The notes beneath the pieces are model-generated. The model saw nothing but the letters and a program-made list of their open reading frames with translations. It made no database searches and was not told the origin of the DNA. A stretch of 63,476 nt of DNA, filler included, from Octopus bimaculoides (taxonomy: Eukaryota), in assembly GCF_001194135.2 (NCBI RefSeq). It is 4 parts of 3 records of this genome, joined end to end, with 100 filler letters (N's around TTAATTAATTAA, not from the genome) between each part and the next. Parts side by side here need not be neighbours in the genome. Positions count along the whole stretch, not along the records: positions 23,455 to 45,024 come from NC_068985.1; 3 more parts are not named here. The stretch is one strand, 5' to 3'. The translations under genes were made by a program, and so were the position numbers. This document shows positions 25,347 through 37,468 of the stretch, piece by piece (the stretch's first letter is position 1; each line of letters begins with the position of its first letter).

Positions 25347-26272
25347 NNNNNNNNNNNNNNNNNNNNNNNNNNNNNNNNNNNNNNNNNNNNNNNNNNNNNN
25401 NNNNNNNNNNNNNNNNNNNNNNNNNNNNNNNNNNNNNNNNNNNNNNNNNNNNNNNNNNNNNNNNNNNNNNNNNNNNNNNNNNNNNNNNNNNNNNNNNNNN
25501 NNNNNNNNNNNNNNNNNNNNNNNNNNNNNNNNNNNNNNNNNNNNNNNNNNNNNNNNNNNNNNNNNNNNNNNNNNNNNNNNNNNNNNNNNNNNNNNNNNNN
25601 NNNNNNNNNNNNNNNNNNNNNNNNNNNNNNNNNNNNNNNNNNNNNNNNNNNNNNNNNNNNNNNNNNNNNNNNNNNNNNNNNNNNNNNNNNNNNNNNNNNN
25701 NNNNNNNNNNNNNNNNNNNNNNNNNNNNNNNNNNNNNNNNNNNNNNNNNNNNNNNNNNNNNNNNNNNNNNNNNNNNNNNNNNNNNNNNNNNNNNNNNNNN
25801 NNNNNNNNNNNNNNNNNNNNNNNNNNNNNNNNNNNNNNNNNNNNNNNNNNNNNNNNNNNNNNNNNNNNNNNNNNNNNNNNNNNNNNNNNNNNNNNNNNNN
25901 NNNNNNNNNNNNNNNNNNNNNNNNNNNNNNNNNNNNNNNNNNNNNNNNNNNNNNNNNNNNNNNNNNNNNNNNNNNNNNNNNNNNNNNNNNNNNNNNNNNN
26001 NNNNNNNNNNNNNNNNNNNNNNNNNNNNNNNNNNNNNNNNNNNNNNNNNNNNNNNNNNNNNNNNNNNNNNNNNNNNNNNNNNNNNNNNNNNNNNNNNNNN
26101 NNNNNNNNNNNNNNNNNNNNNNNNNNNNNNNNNNNNNNNNNNNNNNNNNNNNNNNNNNNNNNNNNNNNNNNNNNNNNNNNNNNNTCAAGCTTTCATCTCT
26201 TATCTTTCATTCGCCCTAGGACGCTGGGTCTGTCTCGACAAGTGATTGTAACAAACATGCAGATTAAATTTA

Positions 26273-26339
<67 letters not shown>

Positions 26340-26469
26340 GTAAAAACAACAACAACAACAACAAAATGATTTTGCGTAAATGACTTCTATTAGTAATTTT
26401 TTAGGGTAATAGATTGAGAAAAACCCATCGAACATCGAACAAAATGCTTTGCAATATTTGTTCTGGACA

Positions 26470-27060
26470 AGGCGGTGAGCTGGCAGAATCGTTAGCACAT
26501 CGGGAAAAATGCTTAGCGGCATTTCGTCCGTCTTTACGTTCTGAGTTCAAATGTCGCCAAGGTCGACTTTGCATTTCATCCTTTCGAAATCGATAAAGTA
26601 AGTACCAGTTGAAGCCTGGGGTCGATGTAACTGACTTACCCCATCCACTGAACTTGCTGGCGTCGTGCCAAAATTTGAAACCAGTATTTGTGCTGGCCCT
26701 TTACATTATGAATACAAATTCCACCGAAACCAATTTTGCCTTTCATCCTGGGGGTTGATAAATTAAAATAACAATTAATTATTGGAGTCGATGGTATCGA
26801 TTAATACCCCCAACCTGCTTTAATTAAAATTGCTGATTTTCATGTAAATCAGAAACCATTGTCAATTTTTTAGACGGATTAATAGAATCGTTAGAGCGTC
26901 GGACTAATGCGTTGGAGTATTTGTTCCGGATCTTTACGTTCTGAGTTCAAATCATATCAAGGTGAACCTTTCCTTTTATCTTACTGCTGTGGCCGATAGT
27001 ATCGACCAGTCTCGTCTTTTAAAATTACTGACCATGTACCTAAATCAAAACCCATTATTT
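26470..27060 (+). mobile_element. Cluster of three SINE family A copies, progressively more degenerate
   Basis: Family A head or core at about 26470, 26715 and 26875. Confidence 0.8.
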
Positions 27061-27586
27061 AGTCATTTTAGTGTTTTTAGTATACGGCCCACCATACAAA
27101 TGCTCATATAACCCTCATTGAGGCAAGTTTTTTCATCTCTGGTTTACACTATCTTTAAGAGCAATAAGTCTCAAGTATTGCAGATAGTGAAAAAACCCCC
27201 CCAAAAAACAGAACAAACTGCTGGCCTTGTGCCAAAATTTGAAACCAATATTTGACCAAGTAGATGACAGTGGTGACACTTCATGTGCTGGGTCAGGTAA
27301 TATTTGGAATGATGGGTGACAGAATTTGTACAGAAATTCTATATGTCTTGCAGTATTTAGTCACATGAACTTTATGCTCCAAATTCAAATCATGCTGGGA
27401 CTGGTTTTACTTTTTGTCAAACCAGAGTCAATAAAGTAAGTACTGGTCAAGAAGTGGGGTTGATACAGTGGAATATACTCCTATATTTTCATTAATATTC
27501 TCCATGCCTGTTATTAATTTAGCCCTTGTCTGTCAAAGAAACAGCAGTCAAGAAGTGGAGTTGATATAATGGAATATACCATTAGC

Positions 27587-28249
27587 TTTCCATTAATCAT
27601 ACCTTCCATTAATCTACCCCTACGTTTCATCAATCAACCCATTTACCTTTCATAAATCTACACTTTACAATCTAACCGCATCACATTTCCTCAATCATCC
27701 CTTACAGTCTGTCAATCAACACCCTTTTTCTTTCATAAATCTAGCCCTCTATCTTACATCAATCGAACCCTCATCTGTCATCAATTTAACCTTTTATGTC
27801 TTATCACCTTACCTTTTTATTTTCGTCAATCTACCTCTTTACCTTTTACCAATGTACTCCTCAGCTTACATCAGTTGACCCCTTTACCTTCCATTTAGTT
27901 ATCTCTTATCTTTCATCGATCAACCACCTCACTTTTTATTAATCTACGCCTTACTTTCCATCAATCTACCCCTTATTTTTAATCAATCTGCTCCTCATCT
28001 TTCATTATTCTACCCTTTGCCTGGCATCAATCTACTCCTTGCCTTCCATTAATCCACCCCTCTCTTTTCATCAGTCAACTCTCACCTTTTATTAATCTAC
28101 TCCTTACTTTCCATTAGTCAATCCCTTTACCTTCCACCTTCTTCACATTTCAATCTACCCACTCACCTATCATCAGCTTACTCCTTATTTTTCATCACTC
28201 TATGTCTTCATCTTTCATCAATCTACCCCTTGCCTTATAGTAATCTAAC
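27587..28249. repeat. Degenerate 22-23-bp minisatellite, consensus about TTTCATCAATCTACCCCTTACC (about 30 units)
   Basis: Recurring (c/t)aatcta(c)ccc units at a roughly 22-23-nt period with no unique spacers. Confidence 0.75.
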
Positions 28250-28939
28250 ATTTTTCGTTTTCCTAATACAGGGCCAATAAAATCAGTAATTTGTTGGGGT
28301 TGATGTAATACACCACCTCACCAATGTGTGGTATTTGAAATCAAATAATTTAATGAAATCTGTTTTTATTATTTTCAGTTTCTATAAATACTAAGAACTG
28401 AAATTAAATTTATTGATTGAACAGAGTTCAATGTTAGGTCAGCTAACAATAAATTGCATTTCATTTGATGTATGCTGATATATTGCTGTCATTATTGTTG
28501 TTTAACCCTAGCTCAATCTTGTTCTAGCACATGCATAACCCAAAACATTCAAATCATGACCAACCTGTCTTCTCCTCAGACATAGCGTAAGTAAATCTAA
28601 GTATATGCATTGCTATCAATTACTACAATGTTCTTGTCCTTTTATTTTAGATCAGCAAATTCAGAAATTGAGGTATAATTGGTTGCTATTTCTAGCAGAT
28701 GGGCTAAACAAGTCATGACTACCTTGCTGTCTTTAATACAAAGGTGTTCACGTAGGAAGTTTGTTTACTTCAGAGTATATACAAAAGTTGGACGTTACAA
28801 CGATACGTTAACCAGGAAGTCACTAAACAAGTTCTTTTATAGATATACTCCTTACATATTTCATCGAAGTACTCTTTATTTTTGTATGTATTCTCTTTAT
28901 TATGTTAACAACACGGTGATCTCATATCAAGATAAGCAG

Positions 28940-29380
28940 ATTTTTACATTAGGAATCTACCTGATTTTTGTGTATCTTGGCTTTTAATCAGTTAGTCCCC
29001 AATGCATGACCTCGTGCTGCTACTAACAAACTTTCTGTCTCTCTTTTTGCCTTTCTTTCTGTAGCCACAATCATGTCTCACTATAACTATTTCCTGCTAC
29101 TATGTTTGGAAATCTATAACGCAAAGGCTTCTCTTGTTAGTCAGATAATCTTGTTTCTGTTTCCTGGATTTTAACTACATTTGACTTTTTGGTTTCCCTA
29201 TTCCTTATCTCTTACACTAGCAGTTCTAAATAAAATTTTCTCACTATTACTTACATAGTCAGCTATATCTACTCTAGCTGAATCCGTACAATCTTCTACT
29301 GATATCAAATCTCTACCACCACCCTTGTTAGGTAAATACGATCTTGTTTCTCCTGCTCTAGAATAAACTCCTCCATTCAT
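28940..29380 (-). mobile_element. Inverted R4/Dong ORF fragment (post-RT region to start of zinc knuckle)
   Basis: RSYLPNKGGGRDLISVEDC...LWLQK..KRETESLLVAARGHALGTN*LKAKIHKNQVDS*C. Confidence 0.85.
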
Positions 29381-29385
29381 ATGTT

Positions 29386-29550
29386 CAAGGTTATGTGCTG
29401 TTTATCTTGATATGAGGTCATCGTGTCGCACACATATGGTGATGATGTGCCTGATGAACCGTTATCACACCAGTAATCATGATTGGTATATTGGGCTTCG
29501 TATGTTTGTATCCCAGTCTCACTTTGATGGCAAGCGCTGCTCTCTCACTC
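29386..29550 (+). mobile_element. Family C 3' end
   Basis: ctgtttatcttgatatgag...gctgctctctcactc followed immediately by (AAT)n. Confidence 0.85.
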
Positions 29551-29607
29551 AATAATAATAATAATAATAATAATAACAACAACAACAACACCAACAACAA
29601 CAACAAC

Positions 29608-29671
<64 letters not shown>

Positions 29672-29673
29672 GC

Positions 29674-29740
<67 letters not shown>
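29551..29740. repeat. (AAT)/(AAC)n compound microsatellite
   Basis: Seen directly. Confidence 0.95.
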
Positions 29741-29745
<5 letters not shown>

Positions 29746-30030
29746 GAGAGTAGACATGATACCAATAGTAATTGGTGCACTTGGAAGTATCAGCACTCAA
29801 TTACCAACATGGCTGAAAAAGATTGGTGCAAGTATGAAGGTAGAACACCTACAAAAATCAGCATTGCTTGGAACTANNNNNNNNNNNNNNNNNNNNNNNN
29901 NNNNNNNNNNNNNNNNNNNNNNNNNNNNNNNNNNNNNNNNNNNNNNNNNNNNNNNNNNNNNNNNNNNNNNNNNNNNNNNNNNNNNNNNNNNNNNNNNNNN
30001 NNNNNNNNNNNNNNNNNNNNNNNNNNNNNN

Positions 30031-30096
<66 letters not shown>

Positions 30097-30352
30097 GAGA
30101 GTAGACATGATACCAATAGTAATTGGTGCACTTGGAAGTATCAGCACTCAATTACCAACATGGCTGAAAAAGATTGGTGCAAGTATGAAGGTAGAACACC
30201 TACAAAAATCAGCATTGCTTGGAACTACAAGAGTTCTTCGCAGGGTTCTTGAAACATGGTCAGTAAACAAGTGTTACCTTAGTCAGCTAGATGTGGACAG
30301 CTGACACTTTCCATCATACCCAGCAAAATAAGCCGTGAGATTTAATCAAATG
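29741..30352 (+). mobile_element. R4/Dong 3' end (family DD); first 136 bp duplicated across the gap
   Basis: VDMIPIVIGALGSIST..LQKSALLGTTRVLRRVL plus 3' UTR, with AAT repeats on both sides. Confidence 0.85.
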
Positions 30353-30401
30353 ATAATATTAATAATAATATTAATAATAATAATAGTGATAATAATAACT
30401 C

Positions 30402-30488
30402 TTCTTCTTCTTCTTCTTCTTCTTCTTCTTCTTCTTCTTCTTCTTCTTCTTCTTCTTCTTCTTCTTCTTCTTCTTCTTCTTCTTCTTC
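30402..30488. repeat. (TTC)n microsatellite
   Basis: Seen directly. Confidence 0.95.
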
Positions 30489-30849
30489 GTAATATAACCT
30501 ACTGGCGCAGTTAGGGATACCTTAATCTTCGAAATCCATATTTGTAGATAATGATTAAATGCCTACGTTTCTTATGGATCTCTTATCAGTCCCAAATAAG
30601 ATGGCGTCGTCAACTTGAAGTTATGTCAATTAAAGGGAGAGAATTGATTAGAGAGCATGACTTCTGTTATATTTAAGTGAAAATTTCTTACTAAAATATT
30701 AACCAGCTACGTAAAATTAATTCTACGTACACTCATACACACATAAGAAAGATAATAATACAGAGTATGCAAGAATGATAATAGTACAGAGTATGTACGC
30801 TAACTGCACAAGCACATACACACACTCTGCATAAACAAACAGGCATTGG

Positions 30850-31320
30850 ATAAATAGCCAATCCACGAATCACATATCTACAAGCCACCGATATCTTAAT
30901 AAGAACTTTCTTCCTAAATATAACAGACGTTATATTCCCTGATCGATTCTGTCCAATTGAATAACATTCTTTTGTGTAGTGCACTGCAAAATACCATAAA
31001 ATAGTTCTTATTTCAATCAATACATATTGTGACCAAAATATAACACACCAATTAAAAATATATTCCTCTATCAAACGAGAATAACTGCCTCCGTCATCCG
31101 TTTAACCCAACAAACACGCACTTTCTTCTTATTAGTCTCCAATCGTCACTTCGTATACGACCACTTCTCCTGTGTACCTAAACTTCACCTGTTCGCATTC
31201 ACAATACTCCACCAATCAAGGAAATTCCTACTATAGGTCTATATAGAGTCAGCCAGACCTAAATAAACTACGGACTGATGACGATTTGTAAGCCGAAACT
31301 ACGAAATCCCTGTGTCAACG
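30850..31320 (+). mobile_element. Possible decayed Penelope-like element 3' end
   Basis: Stop-ridden NILLCSALQNTIK*FLFQSIHI resembles the end of a GIY-YIG domain and is followed by a hammerhead-like motif. Confidence 0.35.
31268..31312 (+). ncRNA. Decayed type-I hammerhead ribozyme motif
   Basis: ctacgga-CTGATGA-c-GATTTgtAAGCC-GAAAC-tacgaaa-tccctg; core boxes intact, stems I and II partly paired, NUH triplet lost. Confidence 0.4.
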
Positions 31321-31589
31321 TTTTCCTGTAAAAATTAATACACGCGCGCGCGCACACACACATACACACACACACACATACACACACACATATACATACA
31401 TGTATATATATATATGTATACATATACATACATATACATGTATATACATATACATACATAAATTATATATATGTACACACACAGATATACGTATATACGA
31501 TGTATACTTGTTTGTATGTGCATTTATGTTTGCGTTTACATACTTACTGGCATTCACACAAATATACATACGTGTACACACATGCATGC

Positions 31590-31646
<57 letters not shown>

Positions 31647-32349
31647 NNNNNNNNNNNNNNNNNNNNNNNNNNNNNNNNNNNNNNNNNNNNNNNNNNNNNN
31701 NNNNNNNNNNNNNNNNNNNNNNNNNNNNNNNNNNNNNNNNNNNNNNNNNNNNNNNNNNNNNNNNNNNNNNNNNNNNNNNNNNNNNNNNNNNNNNNNNNNN
31801 NNNNNNNNNNNNNNNNNNNNNNNNNNNNNNNNNNNNNNNNNNNNNNNNNNNNNNNNNNNNNNNNNNNNNNNNNNNNNNNNNNNNNNNNNNNNNNNNNNNN
31901 NNNNNNNNNNNNNNNNNNNNNNNNNNNNNNNNNNNNNNNNNNNNNNNNNNNNNNNNNNNNNNNNNNNNNNNNNNNNNNNNNNNNNNNNNNNNNNNNNNNN
32001 NNNNNNNNNNNNNNNNNNNNNNNNNNNNNNNNNNNNNNNNNNNNNNNNNNNNNNNNNNNNNNNNNNNNNNNNNNNNNNNNNNNNNNNNNNNNNNNNNNNN
32101 NNNNNNNNNNNNNNNNNNNNNNNNNNNNNNNNNNNNNNNNNNNNNNNNNNNNNNNNNNNNNNNNNNNNNNNNNNNNNNNNNNNNNNNNNNNNNNNNNNNN
32201 NNNNNNNNNNNNNNNNNNNNNNNNNNNNNNNNNNNNNNNNNNNNNNNNNNNNNNNNNNNNNNNNNNNNNNNNNNNNNNNNNNTATATATATATATATACC
32301 CACACGCACATACACACGTAAATATACGCATATATATGTCTGTGTGTGT

Positions 32350-32380
<31 letters not shown>

Positions 32381-32479
32381 GGTGACAGACATGCACAAGC
32401 ATACATATGCATATATATAATATGTATATATATGTAAACGTAATTATATATATATACTTACATACACACATGCACACAC

Positions 32480-33376
32480 AAACGCATAAACAATTCTATG
32501 CTCCAGTGGACATTCACACATGCGTATACACAATACCCTAACACACATACATATATATGAAATACTCTAACACACACATACTGACATACGTAAACAGAAT
32601 GTATTATTACTGTATCAAAACATGCATTCACAAAACTCTCTAAAAGACCCGCTGGTTGATGTTTGAAAAGTTCCTATACTGTTGTACACATATACTCAAA
32701 TAAACTACACACTACATCTTCATACGCGCGCAACATCTCACCACGCACACACAAAATGCTCTAACACATATGTACAGAAATTAATACACGCAATCACATC
32801 ATATAAATCACATTTTAACGTCTTAGCACACACATGTACGCACATACAAATACCACGTACTAAAGTCTTAACGTACGCATACATACACCTAACTGAACTG
32901 AGTACATACACGTTTATACACATATATCATACTCTAACTCTTTAACAGATACTGATACGTACACATATATTAAACACTAACACTTTAGCACATTATACAC
33001 TCTCTCAACACAACTAATACATGCACGTATGTACACATACACCACAAATTAGCGTCTTAACACACACATACATACACACACTCAACTCATCCCAATACAT
33101 GTACCACACACTAGATACACTCATACACACACTTAACACAAACTACTAACACACATACACACGCAACTACACTAACACATATACGTATATATACTAAAAC
33201 ACAAGCATATATAGGTATCTACACTAATGCATACATAAGACTGTGATTTATGTGATGTGACTGCGTGTATTAGTTTCTGTACATATGTGTTAATGTATTT
33301 TATGTGTGTGTGTGCGTGAAGGTATAGTGTGTAGTTTATTTGTGTATGTGTCCAGTAGTGTAGCAACTTTTCAAAC

Positions 33377-33448
<72 letters not shown>

Positions 33449-33918
33449 CCCATAGGCACATAAACTAAAACACATTTTATTTTGATAAATAAACAACCAT
33501 GAATTTTACAAGCTATTATATTACACATCAATAATATTAAATAACTTATTTATACTCAAAATGATATAAATATAAATACTATCATGTTCCTATTATTATT
33601 TGTGATATTTAAATAAATCTTTATATATTATATATGCACCAAAAAATAAATTTATATATCCTGAGTTACATCTAAGTATAAAAAAAAACAACCACAGACC
33701 CCAATATTCAATTTATTTATTACAATTACATTAATTTATATGAATTATAATTATCACTTTAAAAACCACATAAGATAATTCACATATATTGTTCCAGAAT
33801 ATTTTAATGATGCTTAATTAAGATTAATTAACATTAATTTTCATAACATTAACAGAAACTAATACACGCAACCTCATTACATAAATCGCATTCTAACGTC
33901 TTAGCACATGCGCGCGCG

Positions 33919-33966
<48 letters not shown>

Positions 33967-34423
33967 ACACAACGTAGTACAAACAGATAATATACAAATA
34001 CCACATTAACAAACACATAAATAAACATGTACTAATACACACGTATAAGCATCTTCACTAACACACTGTATACACATATACGAACACACTCACACACACA
34101 CACACACCTATGGGCAGCAAACTAACAGTCATATATGCACTTATACTAGCACACAGCTACATACACACGCATATATACACAAACTAATCTATACACACTA
34201 CACACCACACATACTAAGTGACATACACAATGACGTTTTTAGTATGTTCTACACTAGTTGCTCCCCCCACACATAAACACGCACACTCACATACATACAT
34301 ACGCACATACAAATATGCACGTACACTAACACACACTTCAAAACGCACTTACCCAACACGTCAACATACTCATACACACTTACGTGTGAATGATTTAAAT
34401 GTATTATGTTCCGGTTGACACAA

Positions 34424-34493
<70 letters not shown>

Positions 34494-34950
34494 TAGACAC
34501 ATGCACGTACACATAGACACACACTCACATACAGACATATACTCATGCGCATACATACGCACATTCACACACACACCAATACCTTAACATAAACATACAT
34601 ACACACGCTGATACATTAAGATACACATTAACATATCATATTGACATATTGACATACACACGTATTAACATATTGATACACGCACATCTACACATATATA
34701 CATGTTAAAATACGTACATACACACGCATATACACACACATTAAGACAGTCATATATACACATACACAGATGCATGCATATGTACACACGTACACACACA
34801 TAAACTGACACATACACACACGTGCTTTACACACGCTAACACACATGCACACTCACTAGCAGAACCATACATATACACAAACATATATACACACATACAC
34901 TGACATTAACACACACACACANNNNNNNNNNTACACACATACACTGACAT

Positions 34951-35008
<58 letters not shown>

Positions 35009-35345
35009 AAACGGGTATACGTATACACTATTACATCCATACCATACAATATATACATACACATGCACTGATACACACACATCCGCACACACTAATACAC
35101 ACATACATACATTCATACATTCACATACATACACACATACATACGCACACACACATACATACGCATTCACACATACCTACCAACCTACCTACCTACCTAC
35201 TTACCTACCTACCTACATACATACATACATACATGCACAGAGACACACATACACACATACATACGTACACAGACATACATATATGCATACATATACACAT
35301 ATATACACAAATATGCACTCACACATACATGCATATACATACTTA
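32480..35345. repeat. About 2.9-kb AC/ACAT-rich low-complexity region with internal direct and inverted duplications
   Basis: Strong C-over-G skew with a local polarity flip at 33242-33376. Confidence 0.8.
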
Positions 35346-35744
35346 TACACACACCTGTTCTACTCCAGTAGACCCTAATTGATTTTATCAGTATTTACAG
35401 TCATTTCACTTTAATATCTTCATATTTACAATGGTGGTGGTGACGGTGGTTTTGGTAGGAGTTGTCGTGGTTGTTGTAGTGGTGGGTGGTAGTGGTGGTG
35501 GTGAAGGTGGGGCAGTGGTTGTGTTGGTGGTTGTGGGCGTGGTCTTGGTGATGGCGGTGGCATATTTTGAAATCATTTAATACGTACATTTCAGGTTTGT
35601 GTAATATATAACAGCAAGACCATCCATTATGTAAATCTACCTCAGTGAAAGCGTTTCAAAATATAAAGAAATTCATGGAAAAACTTCAATATATATATGT
35701 GTGGTTAGAGTTACTAAATTAGGAAAATAGATATATCATATACA

Positions 35745-35758
35745 GAGAGTGAGTGAGT

Positions 35759-35855
<97 letters not shown>

Positions 35856-35875
35856 CGAGAGAGCGAGAGCGAGAG
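35745..35875. repeat. (GA)n microsatellite
   Basis: Seen directly. Confidence 0.95.
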
Positions 35876-36769
35876 AAAGAAGGAGATAAAGAGATGGGAG
35901 AGAGAAAAAGTGGGAAAACGAAGAAAAGGCTGCTTAAAGTAAGGTAGTGAGGAGGGGAAGAAAGGATGTGCAAGTGAATAGTGTTGAAAGAAAATGGGAT
36001 GGTTTTGTTTGCATAGAAATATAAGTAAAATTGATGAAGAGTGGCAGATTGAGGTCAAGAATATGAAATTCGTCGGCCAAATTGTTTGTGACATACCTTG
36101 CCTGCTCATTTCCCCCTTGAGCTGGCTCGAGTTACTTTTTTTGTTCTACAACACTAGCATATATGTGAAACGAGATTGTTTGGCATATCAGCGCGGCTTT
36201 CTTTCAATTGTTTGTTTGTTGTTACATAAAAGCCCCAACATTTTTGGCAAGACGTGGTATGCTAAATTTCGTCTTCACCCGTTTCTGGATGTGTCTCTCA
36301 GGTATGAATTCAGTGTCCCTCGTAGTACATCTCTCCTACATTTTTCGTCCTTTCTTAAATCAGCCGATGATTAGCGATTCTTCCTGACTTACCACACTAG
36401 CAAAGCTATTCCTAAAATTCTGGTTATCACGAATGTCTGCTTTTGCAAATATGCAATTTTATTTCTCTGTTTACCTTAAATCAAATGTTGTAAGTACTCT
36501 AATGGGGGAGCCTTATCCTATCGCTACCTCAGTGGATACAATGTTTATTCTTTTACTTGTTTCAGTCATTTGACATTTGTTTTAAAATGTAAAATTTTTT
36601 CTCACCTACACCGAGGAAAACACAGGCTCCCAGCTTTCTCCGTGTAACAGTAGAACGTACGAATACGACAAAAAGAAAAATATTTGGAAAGCAATTCCAT
36701 TGGTTTTTAGAAATTCACGACATGTAGAAGACACATATATAAATCGCAGGAGACAAAGTAATGTAGATA

Positions 36770-37075
36770 ATGACGATGATGATGATAATAATAATAATGA
36801 TGATGATAATGATGATGATGACGACAACGACGACGGTGACGACGATGATGATGACAACAATGATGACAATGACTATGATAATGATTATGATAATGATAAT
36901 ACTTATGCCACTCTTCCTCATCACCATAATTACCATTGTCATTATAACGACGACGACTACACCACCACTACCCTCCTCCTCCTCCTCCTCCTCCTCCTTC
37001 TTCTTCTTCTTCTTCTTCTTCTTCTTCTTCTTCTTCTTCTTCTTCTTCTAATCCTCCTCCTCCTCCCCTCCTCCT
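36770..37075. repeat. Compound trinucleotide array (GAT/AAT/GAC/ACC/CTC/CTT)
   Basis: Seen directly. Confidence 0.9.
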
Positions 37076-37118
37076 GCTTAACATCTTCGCCTGAATATGT
37101 GAAATCTAGAAAATAATA

Positions 37119-37468
37119 CTAGACAAGAGCACCCAGAGAACGCAAATCTCCGCCAAGGCAACACCAACGTCCTCCCAACGATTAGTCGGAGATAATTTTT
37201 AAAATGAGAAAATCTGAAATAAACTCGACTGCTCTCACAAACGAGAATACTAAAAATGAACCTGCACGCTCTCCAAAATTAAGTAAAAAAATCCGGAAAA
37301 ATTGTCCAGAATTCTTGTCCGGTACCAGATCGTGCCAGTCATGAGGCCAAACATCCCTGAAAGTTTCATCCGAATCCATCCAGTAGTTCTTGAGATATTT
37401 TGTCTTCGGACAAACAAACAAACGCGACTGAAAACAATACCACCGCCTTCGCTAAGGAGGAGGTAACA
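37119..37468 (+). mobile_element. Non-autonomous Helitron/Helentron-associated element (HINE-like)
   Basis: 5' acaagagcac...ctccgccaagg sub-terminal repeat; 3' hairpin accaccgcctt-cgct-aaggaggaggtaa; internal gaaagtttcatccgaatcc...acaaacaaac typical of such elements. Confidence 0.65.

Noticed and set aside
26184-26273. Possible further Dong 3' end before (AAT)n
   Set aside because: Only 90 bp next to a gap with no homolog in the window; unverified.
25310-26277. Long ORFs made of X runs or YIYI/CVCV/HTHT/NNN/III tracts here and across the window
   Set aside because: Translations of N gaps and microsatellites, not genes.
27587-28249. CRISPR-like periodicity
   Set aside because: Units are contiguous and degenerate, with no unique spacers or cas genes, in a eukaryotic context.
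29741-30227. Tandem duplication of a Dong 3' end
   Set aside because: The 136 bp are identical on both sides of an N gap, typical of unmerged contig overlap.
33470-33860. Possible mitochondrial insertion (very AT-rich, low G)
   Set aside because: No mitochondrial protein, tRNA or rRNA motif found in the frames I checked; needs BLAST against mtDNA.
35994-36400. 126-aa ORF and splice-like sites
   Set aside because: No recognisable domain and no compatible neighbouring exon.
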